A stretch of 64,000 nt of DNA, from NCBI GenBank assembly GCA_013239625.1, contig MU053594.1, positions 1,864,127-1,928,126 of the forward strand. Direction: 5' to 3'. Of the stretch, positions 37,101 to 50,200 are shown piece by piece (position 1 is the stretch's first letter; each line of letters starts with the position of its first letter). The DNA is from Lama guanicoe. Lineage: Eukaryota. The notes below the pieces were generated by a model. That model was not told the origin of the DNA. It ran no database searches and worked only from the letters and a program-made list of their open reading frames with translations. Both the position numbers and the translations under genes were made by a program.

Positions 37101-38900
37101 ATGAACTTATTTACAAAATAGAGATAGACTCATAGACATAGAAAACAAACTTATAGTTATAGGAGGTGGGGAGGGGGTGGGGAGGGATAAATTAGGAGTT
37201 TGGGATTTGCAGATACTAACTACTATATATAAAATAGATAAACAACAAGGAACTACTGTATAGCACAGGGAACTGTATTCAATCTTGTAGTAACCTCTAA
37301 TGAGAAAGAATATGAAAACAAATGTGTATATATGTATAAGTAAATCACTCTGCTGTACACCAGAAACTAACACAACATTGTAAATTGACTATACTTCAAT
37401 TTAATTAATTATTTAAAAAGTTTTTTTAAATCTCTTCTTTCTCCTTCCACTTTTACATTTTCAAGAATTTATTTCTCACAGATGTTGATCATGCCTGTGA
37501 ACTGTCTTATCTTATCAACTCCATTTACTGTCTCTTTGCAAGCAAATTGTGTTTTTTGGTAACTGTTGAGAATTTTCGGTCAATTTATTAAATTCTATTA
37601 AAACCTCTAAAGAAAAAATAAAGAATGGGGGCTGGTTTTCCATTGCTGATGAAATGTGTGTTTCAGGGATGTTTTAAAGTTTTCCTCCTGTAGCTTTTAT
37701 ACATTTCATGTTAAGTTCATTTCTAAGTATTCAATACTTCCTTACTGTGATTGTAAATGAGGTTTTCTCTACCATTACTTTCTCTAATTGATTACTCTCT
37801 GTTTTTGTGAAAGCTGTTCGTTTCAGTAGGTTAATTATATATCCTGTTACCTTATCTTTTATTGTTTGAGTTTTATTAATGATTCTCAATTATTTCCAAT
37901 GATATCATATAATCTACAAAAAGAAATCGTTTTACTTCTTTACTAAGCCCTGTGCCTCTAATCAGTTTCCAAATACCTCTGGTGCAAAGTTGGACAGTAG
38001 TGGAGACAGTAGACATCCTTTCCTTGTTCTGGACTTGGAGAAAATACCTGTAGTGTTCCCCAATTTAGAAAGTGACTGCTTTCAGGAAGAAGGTATATAT
38101 ATTTTATCACGTTAAGAAAGACTCCATCAAGTCTTTTTTAGTGATTTTATAAGGAACAGATGTTAAATGTTGATGAAAGTTTTCTCAGCATTTATGAAGA
38201 TAACTCTATGATTATTTTTCCTGAGACCTATTAATATGGTATATGCGGATCTCCTAATAATGAATCTACCTTGCATTCTTGGAGTTAAGTCTACTCGATC
38301 ACAATGAATTATATTTTTAATGTGATGCTGAATTCTGTTCACTAATAAAACATTTCTCAGTGCTGTATTAGTACTATATTTGTTGTCCTTTTCAGGGGCA
38401 TTTATAAATAATATTAGTCTGTAGTTTTCTTTTTTGCACTATCATGTTTAGATATATTATACTTGCTTTATTTTTTTAAAAAAGCAGAAAATTTCTCCTC
38501 ATTCTCAATCCCCTGACATAATCTACAGAGCACTGGGAATATCTGATAAGCGGAGGTTTGGCAGAATTCCTCTGTGAAATAATCTGGGCCTGGAACTTTT
38601 TCTGAGCAATAGTTCCTTCTTGAGGTTCTCCATTTCTTCTACAGAAACTTCTCTGTTTTACATATTCTGTATCTATCAATTTTAGTAATCAGCATTTCCC
38701 TAGGAAATTATCCATTTCATCAAAATTTTTAAGTGTCTTTGCACAAACCTGCAAAGACTCATAGTTTTTCGTGTTTCAGTAGTTACTTCTCCACTGTCAT
38801 TTCTCATTTTGTACATCGGTGCTTTCTCCTTTTTCCTTCTTCATCGTGTTAGCTAGTAGCTTGTCTATTTCCATAATTTTTTCCAAAACTCTTCAAAACA
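34136..38900 (-). mobile_element. Old L1 (L1MC/MD-type), antisense, interrupted by a younger L1 derivative at 36411-37620
   Basis: Continuous antisense 3' UTR and ORF2-like sequence; ORFs 35218..35418 and 35879..36145 read as degenerate ORF2 pieces. Confidence 0.8.
36411..37620 (+). mobile_element. 5'-truncated ORF2-deleted L1 derivative: ORF1 C-terminus + ORF2 tail/3' UTR + ~180-bp extra 3' segment
   Basis: ORF1p motifs (RNTPRHIVIK, PIRLSTDFSAETLQARREW, ILYPARLSF) stop at 36796 and are followed directly by ORF2-end sequence; TSD AAGAATGGG at 36402-36410 and 37621-37629. Confidence 0.88.
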
Positions 38901-40264
38901 AAATGGTTAGGAGCATCATTGCTATTTTGGCCTAAATCCCTCTAAAATCACAGTATCTAGAAACAAACACAGCATTCTAGGTATAAAATCAGGCACTCAG
39001 CTTTCTCATCCAAGATGTTTCACACTCTCTTCTCCTTCTCTTCCTCCTCCCCTTCTTCTCCTTCTTTTTTTGTTACTACCTCACACCACTGACTCACACT
39101 GAACTGTCAACCAAACACTTAAAAATTCTTAACACATTCTGCTGTTGAGCCAATCTCTCCCATTTTCATTCTTGTATAACTGGTCTTCTTGATCCGTATT
39201 TACCTTTAACACATTTCAGCTTGTTAGATCCCATCTCACCAGATCCTTCCAGACCCTGTCATTTCATGTATTCAAATCAACCAGCACTGCCAGGCATTGT
39301 GCCAGGCACAGTGATTATAGGCATATACATAACTATGCCAGAAAGTGATTACTGTGGCAATGGAGAAGTGTTAAAAAGAAACAGTATCTGTGCACAGAAG
39401 AGCAACAGGATGGAAAGATGTGGACCTCAAAGAGGGTCAAGAGGAAGATGATGTTTGTCTGGTTCTTTAAGGATGTTTGCCAGCTGGAGAAGAGGAAAGG
39501 GCATCCGAGGGAGAGATGATTAAAAAAAAAAAAAAGGAAGAGCCTGAAGGCATATGGTATCTTGGAGGAAAAGCCAATTAGCAAATTAGTGTGTTGGCAG
39601 AGCCATCAGTGGCAGGTGATGATGAAGAAATAGGTCATCAAAAGGCCTACCAGCCCTTAGACTTAAGGCTTGAAGTCCTTCAACAGGGAAGTGCGGAGTT
39701 TTGAAACCGGAGAGTGAGACTGGGAGATCTGTATTTTAGAAAGGTCACTCAGGACACAGTGTGGAACATGGGACAGAAAGGAGAGCATCGAGCTGTAAAG
39801 AAGACCAGGCAATAATTCAAGTGAGAGAAGATGAGAGCCTAAACTGAAGCAGTACAGTTAGAAAAGGACAAACTGGAGAGCTGACTGACAGGAGGGAGGC
39901 AGTGACAAAAAGAATCCAAAAAGTCACACCTGAACGGATGGTGATGCTTTAACTGAGATGGAGAACACGTGAAGAGCAAGTACTGCAGAAAAGCAAATAG
40001 TTCAGTTTTGAACAAGAGCCTGAGCCATCTGCAAAACATCAGGGTAGAGATGTTCTGCAGCCAGTGGCGAAAATCAGATCTAGAGCACAGGAGATGGGTG
40101 CGGGGTTGGAGGGTGGATGCCTGAGAGTATCTGTGTGTGATAGGCATAGCCACAGGTGCAAATGAGACAGTACCACCACCTACTGAGCATCTACTGCATG
40201 CCAGGTACCGTGCGAGGCACTTCACCACATCTTTTCATATATATGGAGTGTGTATGTGTGTATA

Positions 40265-40498
40265 CAGTTGATCCTTGGGAACAACGTGCGTTTGAACTGC
40301 GAGGGTCCACTTACACCAGATTTTTTTTCAGTAGCAACTGCTACAGCACCACACGATCCGCAGCTGGTTGAATCCGCTGATGCAGAACCACAGGTGGAGG
40401 CACGTGGCACAGGGGGCCGACCGTAAGTTAGACACAGTTTTTCCACTATGCAGAGGGTTGGCACCCCTAACCCTCCTGTTGTTCAAGGCTCAAATATG
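40265..40498. mobile_element. Tigger-derived MITE (MER8-like)
   Basis: TIR-like ends cagttgatccttg..aacaac / gttgttcaaggctcaa, flanked by TA. Confidence 0.8.
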
Positions 40499-41898
40499 TA
40501 AATATATTACTTCCTCCCATCACATTGATTAGAGATGGGGAACTACTATTCCCATATTACAGATGTGGAAACCAAGGTTCAGAGCAACAACATGCCCAGG
40601 GTCACAGGGCTGGTAAGTGGCAGAACAAGGATCTCAGAACAGTGCTGACTTCAAAATCTGGGTTCCACAACATCCCAAAAGGCAGGTGAACTGTAAGAAG
40701 TTATTTGGCAGGACAGGGAGTGGGGAGAGAGGGCACTGAAGGGAAAGAAGAGAATGAAAATGCAGAGTGCCAGTCCTTGGCAGCCACTGAATGAAGCACT
40801 TTATATGCATCATCTCCTTTAATCCTCATATCCACTCATTAAAATCGATATTATTAGCCTCACTTTTCATACTAGAAACCTTGCTCAAGTGGCGAACCCA
40901 CTCCATCTTACTCTGAAGAATGCATCATTTCTACTATACCAAAGAAAGCATACAATGAGAGAAAAGGAAGGAAAACTCAGGGCAGAGGCTGGGATACATC
41001 AACATTAAAGCGACAGGTGAAGTGAGGTGAGCAACAACAACAAAAAGTGATTTCAGAACATGCAATCAGAGGGACAGAGAAGAATCAGGAGAAAGTGTTA
41101 TGTGGGAATCCAGGAACCAGAGAATGTTAAGACGGGTGGTCAAGAAGGTCAAATGCTGTAGAAAAGTCAGGCTGAGGACTGGAAAGCCCATTTCATCTAC
41201 CATTTAACAGGCTTTGGTGATCTTTTTGAGAGCTGACACTGTAGCACAGTGGGGTGAAAAGTCAGATGGCAGTGAACTGAGACGACCCCAGGAAGTAGGA
41301 AGACAGAAGCAGTGAAGGGAAGAGAAAGGGTCTTAGCTGGAGAGGAAGGTGGGAAGGAATCAGGGCTCTTTAGGATGAGAGGTCATTTGCAGGCTGAGTT
41401 GAGGGGCTGGTGAAGGAGAAACAGACACAAGGGGAGGGGTGTGAATGATGCAGCAAGATTTCAGAGGAGGGGAAGAGGGCCACCTCCTCCACTGACCGGG
41501 AGGAAGGAATAGGTACCTCTGTGGGGAAACGCGGAGGTGGCGAAGAGGGCAGTTGAAGGAGTTCAAATACAATCACTCTTCTATTCGTTATACCTGGTTC
41601 ATCTGTTGACAGTGAAAGGGACAGGGAGAGTGAAGGAGGTTTCAGGAAAAAGGACCCTGTAGGAAGCTAGAAAAAACAGTGACTGCTAAAGATTTCTTGG
41701 CAGCACCAAGACTCAGCTAGGACTGGAAATCATAGCTTTGTAATTGAATCAATCAGCAAGGTTATATGATTTCCTCTAGAAGTGCCCAGCAGGCCCAGAC
41801 CATGAATGGAGGGAAACAGAAATAGTTTAACAGAGGACTGGAAATGGTCAGAGGACAGGGAATGATTAGCAGGGCCAGGGAAATTAGGGTGGTGGTGA

Positions 41899-42413
41899 TG
41901 AGTTGGGAAGCCCCATGAAAAATACGGCAGGACCCCCAGGCAGGGCCACTACCCTCCTGCCAGCACCATTCGGTTCCCTGGACCTGTGGCATTATCTCAC
42001 TTTTTAAACTCTGAAACAGCTTACTTCTAGGAAAGTGGAACTTATCCCTAAGATTCTGTTGGTTCCCTGAGCTAATGCCTGATTGGTCCATTTCCCTCAC
42101 TCCTGATTGGTCAATTTCTCTCACTCCTGATTGGTCCATTTCTACAAAGCTTGTTCCTAATTAGTCACCTTTGTTATGCCTTATTTGCATATGATGTTAC
42201 AAAATGTTGCAAAGTCTAGACTGGTAGCCTATAAAAAGCCTGTGTAAACCTACAGACGGGGTCCACAGCTTGGAGTGTTAACTCCTCTGGACCTGCTGGC
42301 GTAATAAACCTGAGTTCTCCAACCCTCCGAATGCTGCTTGGTCTCTTGCCCAGATCCAGGTTGCTGTCACAACTGAGCTGTAACACTGAGCTGTAACACA
42401 CTTTGCCGCAACA
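41899..42413 (+). mobile_element. Solo ERV1-class LTR (ERV9/LTR12-like architecture), antisense to DIXDC1
   Basis: TG...CA ends, TSD GTGA at 41895-41898 and 42414-42417, three 24-bp ATTGG-containing repeats, TATAAAA at 42230, AATAAA at 42303. Confidence 0.9.
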
Positions 42414-43879
42414 GTGAGAGTGTATTTGAAGGGACTGATCATGGGATCACTGGCACCATCATGTTGATCATGGCATCAGAGAGAAGAAATCAAGAAAAGC
42501 TGATAAAGGAAAGTTGATGAACTGAGATGATGGAGAAGAGAATTTGATGTGACTGAAAATAAGTTTAATGGGAATGGTGGAGTGTGGAAAGTGGGGCATT
42601 GAGCGCACAGTCTCAGAGTTCAAGATCCCAGGGGAAGGGCAATTCTATGGAATAAGTTCCAGGATGTAGCCTCAGTATGTGGCCTTACTGAAGCACAGAG
42701 GGGACAATCATTGCAGTGGGGACCATCATGGAATTGGGGGGCTGTCTTCATCGTGGACCCTGAAGTCATTCCAGGAGAGTGGTTGATGTTAAAATGCTCA
42801 GGATAGTTAGTACTCTGCCCAGATTCATGTGATTTTCAAAACTGATAAGCATGCCTTCAATGAAGTCATTGACAAAAAAATTTTAATTGAAGAAAGGCCT
42901 TTGTCATGTCATTACTACATCTGCATGGTCTATTAAGTGGCATCTAACAAAAGATGCCCAACTGAGTGGGGCTATTCTTGTCCACAGGTTAAGGGTCACA
43001 TTGACTTCAGGTCTCCACCCTTTAAATCTAAGTTGGGAGCCAACCACTAAACTAAGCCTCCGTTTGTCTCCTCTTTGACCTAAAAATACCTACCTACCAA
43101 GGGGTGGGAAATACCTTGTTCTTGCTATAAATGCCTACTGCTGGCTCTGGAAAGAAGTGACTTGAAAGACCAAGTAGGCACTTATGAGGACCAGCCACCC
43201 TACCCGCTCCCCTTCCCCTACAAAGATGTTTATCTTAAAAGAGGCCTGTGGTGCGAGCCCAGGCCCTGAGCAGCTCTGCTACTTGGTTTCACAATTTTCT
43301 AGCGCTGCTCCTGCAGCAAATGAAATAAACACAGTGCTTTCTGCAAGAGGCTGGTACTCTCTGGGGGGTGGACTAGTAGTAATTTTCTTTCTTTTTTTCT
43401 TTTCTTTTTTTTTTTCTTTTCCTTTTTTTTTTTTTTTGGTCTCAATCTTTTTTCAAATTACAACTTCTGTGAAATCTAGATATATAAAATAGGGAAAAGC
43501 AGAACTTCTCTGTTAGGGCTGAGGGGTTATCTGTAGGTCAGTTCACTCACTTTTTCTCTACCTCCATCCACCTCCACCCAGACCCCCCAATCTTCTGAAG
43601 TAACTCCTTGGGGCTTCTTTCAGCAACTGGGGAAAACAAAAACCAAAAACACTGCATTTTGTTTCCTTCTAATGCTGTCTTTTTTAAAGTCTGTTATTCA
43701 GTAAAGACAAGATACAAGTTTCTGAAATAAGAAAATATCTGGGTTGTTAAGAAATATACCTTAAACACGCTGCCAGTTCTTGATCTGTTTCCAACTAGGG
43801 CTGGAGAAGCACAGTAGGGGGACAGTCGGGTTCACATCCGGCCCCTGGGGGTGCTGTAGCTCACAGCTCTTGGGGTAGC

Positions 43880-46800
43880 TGCCCAGCTCACAACGATTCC
43901 CTTTTACAGAAACATGTCCCTCTGCACACACAGTGGAGGGCCCCAGGAACAGCGGGTATCCTATAACCCCCGCCACTGGCCACAGGTGACTGGTCTAGCT
44001 GAACTGATTGGTCAAATCCAGCCAATCCCTGGAATTTTCTGATCTGGCATTTAGGAACAGAATCAGGATTTCCCGTCAAGAGGGCAGAGTTGTACATCCA
44101 CATGTTCGCCTTTCCTCACAACTACAACAAAACCACAACTGACTGCTAAATAAACATTGAAAAATGAAGACTGGAACCTAGCAAAAAAGATCTTCTTCAA
44201 CTGGAAACATAAAGAGGGAACCACAGCAGGACCATAGGAAGGACACACTCATGATATAATTGGGTCCCATACCCCCCAGGTGGGCGATCCACAAGCTGAA
44301 GAACAATTAAGTCACAGAGGCCCTCCCACAGGAGTGAGAGCTCTGAGCCCCACGTTCTGGCACTGGGAGGAGAAGGAGACCCCAGGACATCTGGTTTTGA
44401 AGGTCAGCGGGGCTTAGCTCCAGGAGCCCCATGGGACTGGAGGAAACACAGACTTCGTTCTTTTGGGAAGCATACACAGAACCTTGCGTGCATCAGGTCC
44501 AAGGGCAGAGGCAGTGATTTCATAGGAACCGTGGCCAGACTGCCTGCTAGTTTTGGAAGGTCTCCTGAGGACATAGGGGATGGCTGCGGCTCACCCAAGG
44601 GACATAAAAGCTGGTAGCAGATATTCCAGGAGTGTTCATCTACATGAGCTTTCTTGGAAGCTGACATCTTGATAGGATCATTAGCGCCAAAACCTTGCCT
44701 CTCCCAATAGCCTGTAGGGAAGCCTCAAGCCAAACAACATACTGGGTGGGAACACAGCCCTGCCCATTAGCAGACTTCCTGAGCCACAAATGCCTCTAGA
44801 CACGGTCCTACCCACCAGAGGTCCAGGGCCAACCTTCACCCAGCAGTGGGCAAGCACTGACTCCTCCTGCCAGGAAACCTGCATAAGCCTCTAGTCCAGC
44901 CTCATCCACAAGGGAGCAGATACCAGAAACAAGAACACAACAATGCCAAAGCCTGTGGAAGGAATCCACAAACACAGGCAAGACTCTACACAGGGACCAG
45001 CTGCAACCTGGCCCTTAGGTGACAAGAGAGGAGTGTACTGCTGGGACACACAGAATGTCTCCCACAGAGGGCCACCTCTCCAAGATCGAGAAACATAACC
45101 AAGCTACCTGAAAATACAAATAGAAGGATAGACAATATGAGGCGGCAGAAGAATATTTCCCAGGCCAAGGCACAAGATAAAATCCCAGAAGAAGAAATAA
45201 GTGGTGAGGAGATAGGCAATCTACCTGAGAAAGAGTTTCAAGTAATAATGGTGAAGATGTTCAGAGACCGTGAGGAGCATAGAAGCACAAAGCGAAGTTT
45301 TTAGCAAAGAGCTGGAAAATATAAAGAATACCCAGAGTGTAAGAATAAAATCACTGAAATGACTAACACACTAGAAGGAACCAGGAAGAGACTAAACGAG
45401 GTAGAAGAATAGATGGGTGAGCTAGAAGACAGATTAGTGGAGATCACTACTGCAGAACAAAACGAAACAAGAAAGAAAAGAAAAAAGAATGAAAAGAAAT
45501 GAGGATAGTTTAAGAGAATTCTGGGACAACATGAAGCACACTAACATTCACAGTATAGGGGTCCTAGAAAGAGAAAAGAGAGAGAAAAGACTTGAGAAAA
45601 TTTTTGGAGAGATAATAACCAAAAACTTCCCCAACTTGGGAAAGGAAACAGTCACCCAAGTCCAGGAAGCACAGAGAGTTCCACACAGGATCAACCCAAA
45701 GGCATGCAGGAATCAAACTGACAAAAATTAAGGATAAGCAGAAAATATTAAAATTAGCAAGAGAAAAGCAACAAATAACAGCATACAAGGACTCCCATAA
45801 GGTTATCAGCTCGTTTTTCAGCAGGAACTCTACAGGCCAGAAGGGACTAGCATGATATATTTAAAGTGATGAAAGGGAAAAACTTACAACCAAGGATATT
45901 CTATGTAGCAAGGCTCTCGTTTAGATTTGATGGAGAAATCAAAAGCTTCGCAGATAAACAAAAGCAAAAAGATTTCAGCACCACTAAACCAGCTTTACAA
46001 CAAATGTGAAAGGAACTTCTCTAGTCATCACACCATAAGAAAAGAGAACAAAAAGAAGAAAGAGAGAGAGGAGAAGAAAAAAAAGACTTACAAAAGATTG
46101 CTTTGGCAGTTCAGTCTTTTATGGTTCCATATAAATTTTAGAATTGTTTGTTCTAATTCTGTGGAAAATGTCGTGAGTATTTTGACAGGGGTTGCACTGA
46201 ATCTGTAGACTGCTTTGGGTAGTACGGCCATTTTGATAATGTTGATTCTTCCCATCCAAGAGCACGAGGTATCTTTCCATTTCTTTGTATCATCTTCAAT
46301 TTCCTTCATCAGTGTTTTACAGTTTTCAGAGTATAGGTAACCTCCTTGGTTAAGTTTATTTCCAGGTATGTTGTTGTTCTTGATGCAATGGAAATGTTTA
46401 TGCCAATTATAAAATTCTGGTTTTTGAAGTAAAAAAAAAAGTGAATGAAGGGCCACAAATGGCAAAATATCCTTCTTTTTTGTGGGTGAGTTGTATTCCA
46501 TTACATATGTATGCTGCCTCTTCTTTATCCATTCATCTACTGATGTGCACTTGGGATGCTTCCATATCTTGGCAATTATTAAAAAATGTTGCTGTTAATA
46601 GCGGGGGTGTATGTAACTTTTTAAATTAATTCTTATTTTGTAGTTGGCTCTATTCCGTTGATAATTATGTAAGTTGAAAAAGCTACAGCTTTAAACGTTC
46701 TTAGAAACAATGAACAGTACATATATGTAAATTCTTAAAATATGCGCGGTATATTGTATATATGTATTTACATGCAATATATCGTGTATGTGCCGTCCAA

Positions 46801-47200
46801 TTGTAATAATTCCACCTAATAAAACTGAAAAATGAAAAAGAAAAAGGAATAGAACCAGTCTTCTGTCTCTGTCTTAGTCTCTCCCTGGCAAAGTTGTAAG
46901 ATATAAAAGTTAGACATTGTCATAAGCCATGTTGCCCACCTGAGAGAGAAAAGCCATTTGTATTGAGATGGAATAAAGCCACCTACAGAAACAACCAGAG
47001 ATAAGAGTCAGAGAGCAGAGGGAGAGATCCTACCAGCATTTGAGTTCTTGATTTTCACTGTTTTTGGGTCTCTGCCCCATCCTTGCTCTTTTCCGTGGTT
47101 TAGTTTTTCAGCCTTTCCTTGGATTCCATGAGTCAGTAAATTCCACTTTCTATCTCTGCTAGTTCAAGACGGGTTCTTGGCACTTACAACCAAACTAACA
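43880..47200 (+). mobile_element. MLT1-type (MaLR) LTR split into ~43880-44066 and ~46845-47200 by the L1 derivative
   Basis: MLT1-like motifs on both sides (ggtgactggtc...ccaatc; catgagtcagtaaattcc...gggttcttggcacttacaacc). Confidence 0.55.
44067..46844 (+). mobile_element. L1 derivative with 5' UTR and decayed ORF1 (45137-46024), no sense ORF2, and a composite 3' segment
   Basis: ORF1 begins MRRQKNISQAKAQDKIPEEE...LPEKEF; A-rich tract ~46040-46085; antisense L1 pieces ~46090-46625; AATAAA at 46818 plus A tail; TSD AGGAACAGAATCAG (44053-44066) / AGGAATAGAACCAG (46845-46858). Confidence 0.85.
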
Positions 47201-50200
47201 TAGAAAACATGACAATCAAACAGACAGCGTCAGTGACAGCACTGAGCTCTTCTCAGTCCAGAATCAATCTCTCTAGCTTGTTCTGGGGAAGTGGAAGGAT
47301 GCCTGTGTAATCCAGAGGTCTAAATAGCCTGAGAGTTTTTCACGACAACCCTGAGTCAGACGTCAGAAGAAAAAGTAGATGCAGCAACAGTCAAAGCTGG
47401 GTCAGCAGGATTTTGGCTTGACGAGACTGGACCGCTCTCAGGTTGTGAGCAGTGGTAACACCAAGGAGTGGCTGGAGGCTCCAAGCTCCATCAGCTTCCC
47501 CCAGGTCACTCCCAATAACCGTACAATAATACGAGTTGAAACTCTTTCAGAATAAACAACTCTGTCCACATTCATTTGTGCAAGAAACCTTGACCTTGAA
47601 AGCTTTCTTGCCACCAAATGTAAACTTCTTTCTGTTTCTCTTTGGGATCTCCAGTTCCCTCCAAATAAGTTTGTAAACCCAGCCTCTGCTCTCTACCTCC
47701 TCCAAGTTTCTAGATCAAAGAAAATTCCTGCAGGCGACTTAACTCAGAGTTGCAAAAGCACTTGATTGGGCCTCACCAGGGAAGACTGGGAGACCCAGTG
47801 TTCCAGGGTGAGACATCCAAGAAGCTGGTTCTCTGGCTCCCTGCTGGGGAGCAAGAAAGGCAAACAAGAAGAGCAGCGGGCTCTGGTGGTGCGCTAGAGT
47901 TCAGGAGGCGACCAGGACAGCTCAGGAAGGAAATCAGGTTTACAGTGAAACCGGACACCTGTTGAGAACTCTGAGACCCTCCAGCTGTAGAAGGTGAGAT
48001 GGGGGTGGAGATGCTGCTGAGAAACTGAGAGGAAGGCAGGAGGTTTGGAAACTTTGGGTTATTATTGGCCTACATTCTGCCAGAAAAGGAATGCAATATT
48101 ATATTTCTTTTCTATTAACTCTTCCAAGCCTTTACTGAACTAGGAAAAGCTATTTGTTGAACCTGGTGGGTAATTAGGTAAAAATTTAGTTCAATAAGTA
48201 AAAGTATCATTAAACGTCTTTTTCGCTAGGTGGACAGACTCCTTGTATTCAGCCCAGTGGTCCAGAAAGTGAAGAACTAAAACCTTTCTGAAAGATACCA
48301 TCCTATAACCTTATTCTAAAATTTCCACTAGTTGTGAGTTCCGTAAGCACTCTGTTCCTTAACAAGTACATGTCACAAAGCAAGTGCTCAATAGATGCAC
48401 TGAATGAATGAATGAGGTATCACTCTATGGTCTATGAGTGTCCTTTATCCCAGAAATAGGGCATGGAGCCCACCATTAGGGCCTTTGGGGTTGGTTCCCT
48501 ACCTCCCACCTGACCACCGAAGGCTATGCCCATGACCACGCAAATGGGGCCTGGTCTGGAGGTAACAGATAAGGAAACAGATGCAGGAAATTGTTCGTTT
48601 GAGTCTTTGGTTCTCACAGCCAGGACGACAAGGCCAGTCATGGCTGCTGAAGCCCTTCCAGGGTTCCCCAGACTCTCCAAACTGCCGGGGGAGTGGCACC
48701 TGGCAAACGGTGCCCCATGACTGTCCCACATGCCTGGCCAGGCCATCACTCACCACGAGGAACATAAAACTGCCCGACAGCTTGCTGCCAGGGAGCATCT
48801 GCTCAGCTGGCATTGACGCCTGTGGGAACAAAGCCAAGGCGCCCGGGGGAGGAGAGCAGAAATCAGCCAGGACAGGAAAAAGAAGGTTGGGGAGTGTGGC
48901 GCTTTGTTACATTGCAGACTTAACAGGCCTTTAATTTCTATAGCAAAACACAGAGGAAATCATTGCGGAAATGACTGAGAGCCTCCGGCTGGCCCATGTT
49001 GCAAATCCTCTTCCATGGAAGGCACGAGGCACTTGGAGATGTTCCCTGCAGCTGCTCCACCTGCCAGTCCCCTGCCTCATTCAGTCTATGTCCCCCTGAT
49101 GGGGATGACACCAGACAAAGGCTCTTCCTGTATTTCTCAGGGACTGCCAAGCTGTTGACTCTCAGCGTGGGATTTGAAATTTCTACTTTTCTACTTGGAG
49201 GGAAACTGGTAGGGAAAGTCTTCCAAGTCATCTGTTTAAAAGGTTAAGGCTCAGACAACTGATTTCCCTTCGACCAACATTTTAATAAATCATTCCCACA
49301 ATTTTCAGCCCTTCAGGCCATTCACACGACAGCCAGGTGCAGGCTGGCTCTGGCCGACAGCAAGATTTCTACATCATCACAATTTTCCCAAGTTTCCATT
49401 CTGCCCATTTACTCCACCTTCATTGGCCTGTGAGCTCCACTTGGGCACAGACTCTATGTTATTTGACATCTATTTCCAGGGCCTGGCACCATGCCTGGTA
49501 AACACAGTAATTCAGTGAATGTCTGTCGAATGAGTGCTTGTATGCATGTTTACCAAACCAGCAGAAAAAAAGTCTGGCCTCGGTGAGCACATAGGCTGGT
49601 AAATATTTGGTGCTTTTCGTGATATCATTAAGTAGAAGATCTCTCTATGATCTGCCACAAACATTACCTCTTTTATGACACTTCCCACATTAAGCATTCT
49701 ATCATGGTTTTTTTTTAGTACACCTGTAAATCCCTCCCTATAAATTCCTTGGAAGTAGGAACCAGGTGATTTTCCAATTATTTACCCATCCCCTCTCCCA
49801 ACAGATAAACTAGATAATTAAATGAATGAATGCTTATTGGTCAAACCGTATTATAGTCTCAGGTCTGTCAAAACCTTTCATCATAAGCATCAAAGTCTTT
49901 TTTTAAAGAAAGTTCAGCGCCCCCCCCAGAAAGACACTTGCAGAAATTCATGTTGGCACAGTGATCAAAGACATTCACCTAAAAACATCAATACCAAGGG
50001 GCAGAGAAAACAAGTACACATCTGTGAGACAGATGCAGAAGGAAGAAATTGTGACTGACAGAAAGCCTGGCCAGGCCCAGAGCACAGGACACAGTGGGTG
50101 ACAGCCAGGGTCGGCTACAGAATGTGGCGGCGGCCAAAACTTGTGCGTGATTCACAATGCAGATTCACCACGTCAGTAAGAGGGTTTGCACTGACAGCAC

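Noticed and set aside
42078..42143. 24-bp periodic repeat as a CRISPR-like array
   Set aside because: Mammalian DNA; contiguous tandem units without unique spacers, inside an LTR U3.
46088..46501. 137-aa minus-strand ORF with L1 ORF2 similarity
   Set aside because: A fragment of L1 ORF2 within the composite insertion; not an independent gene.
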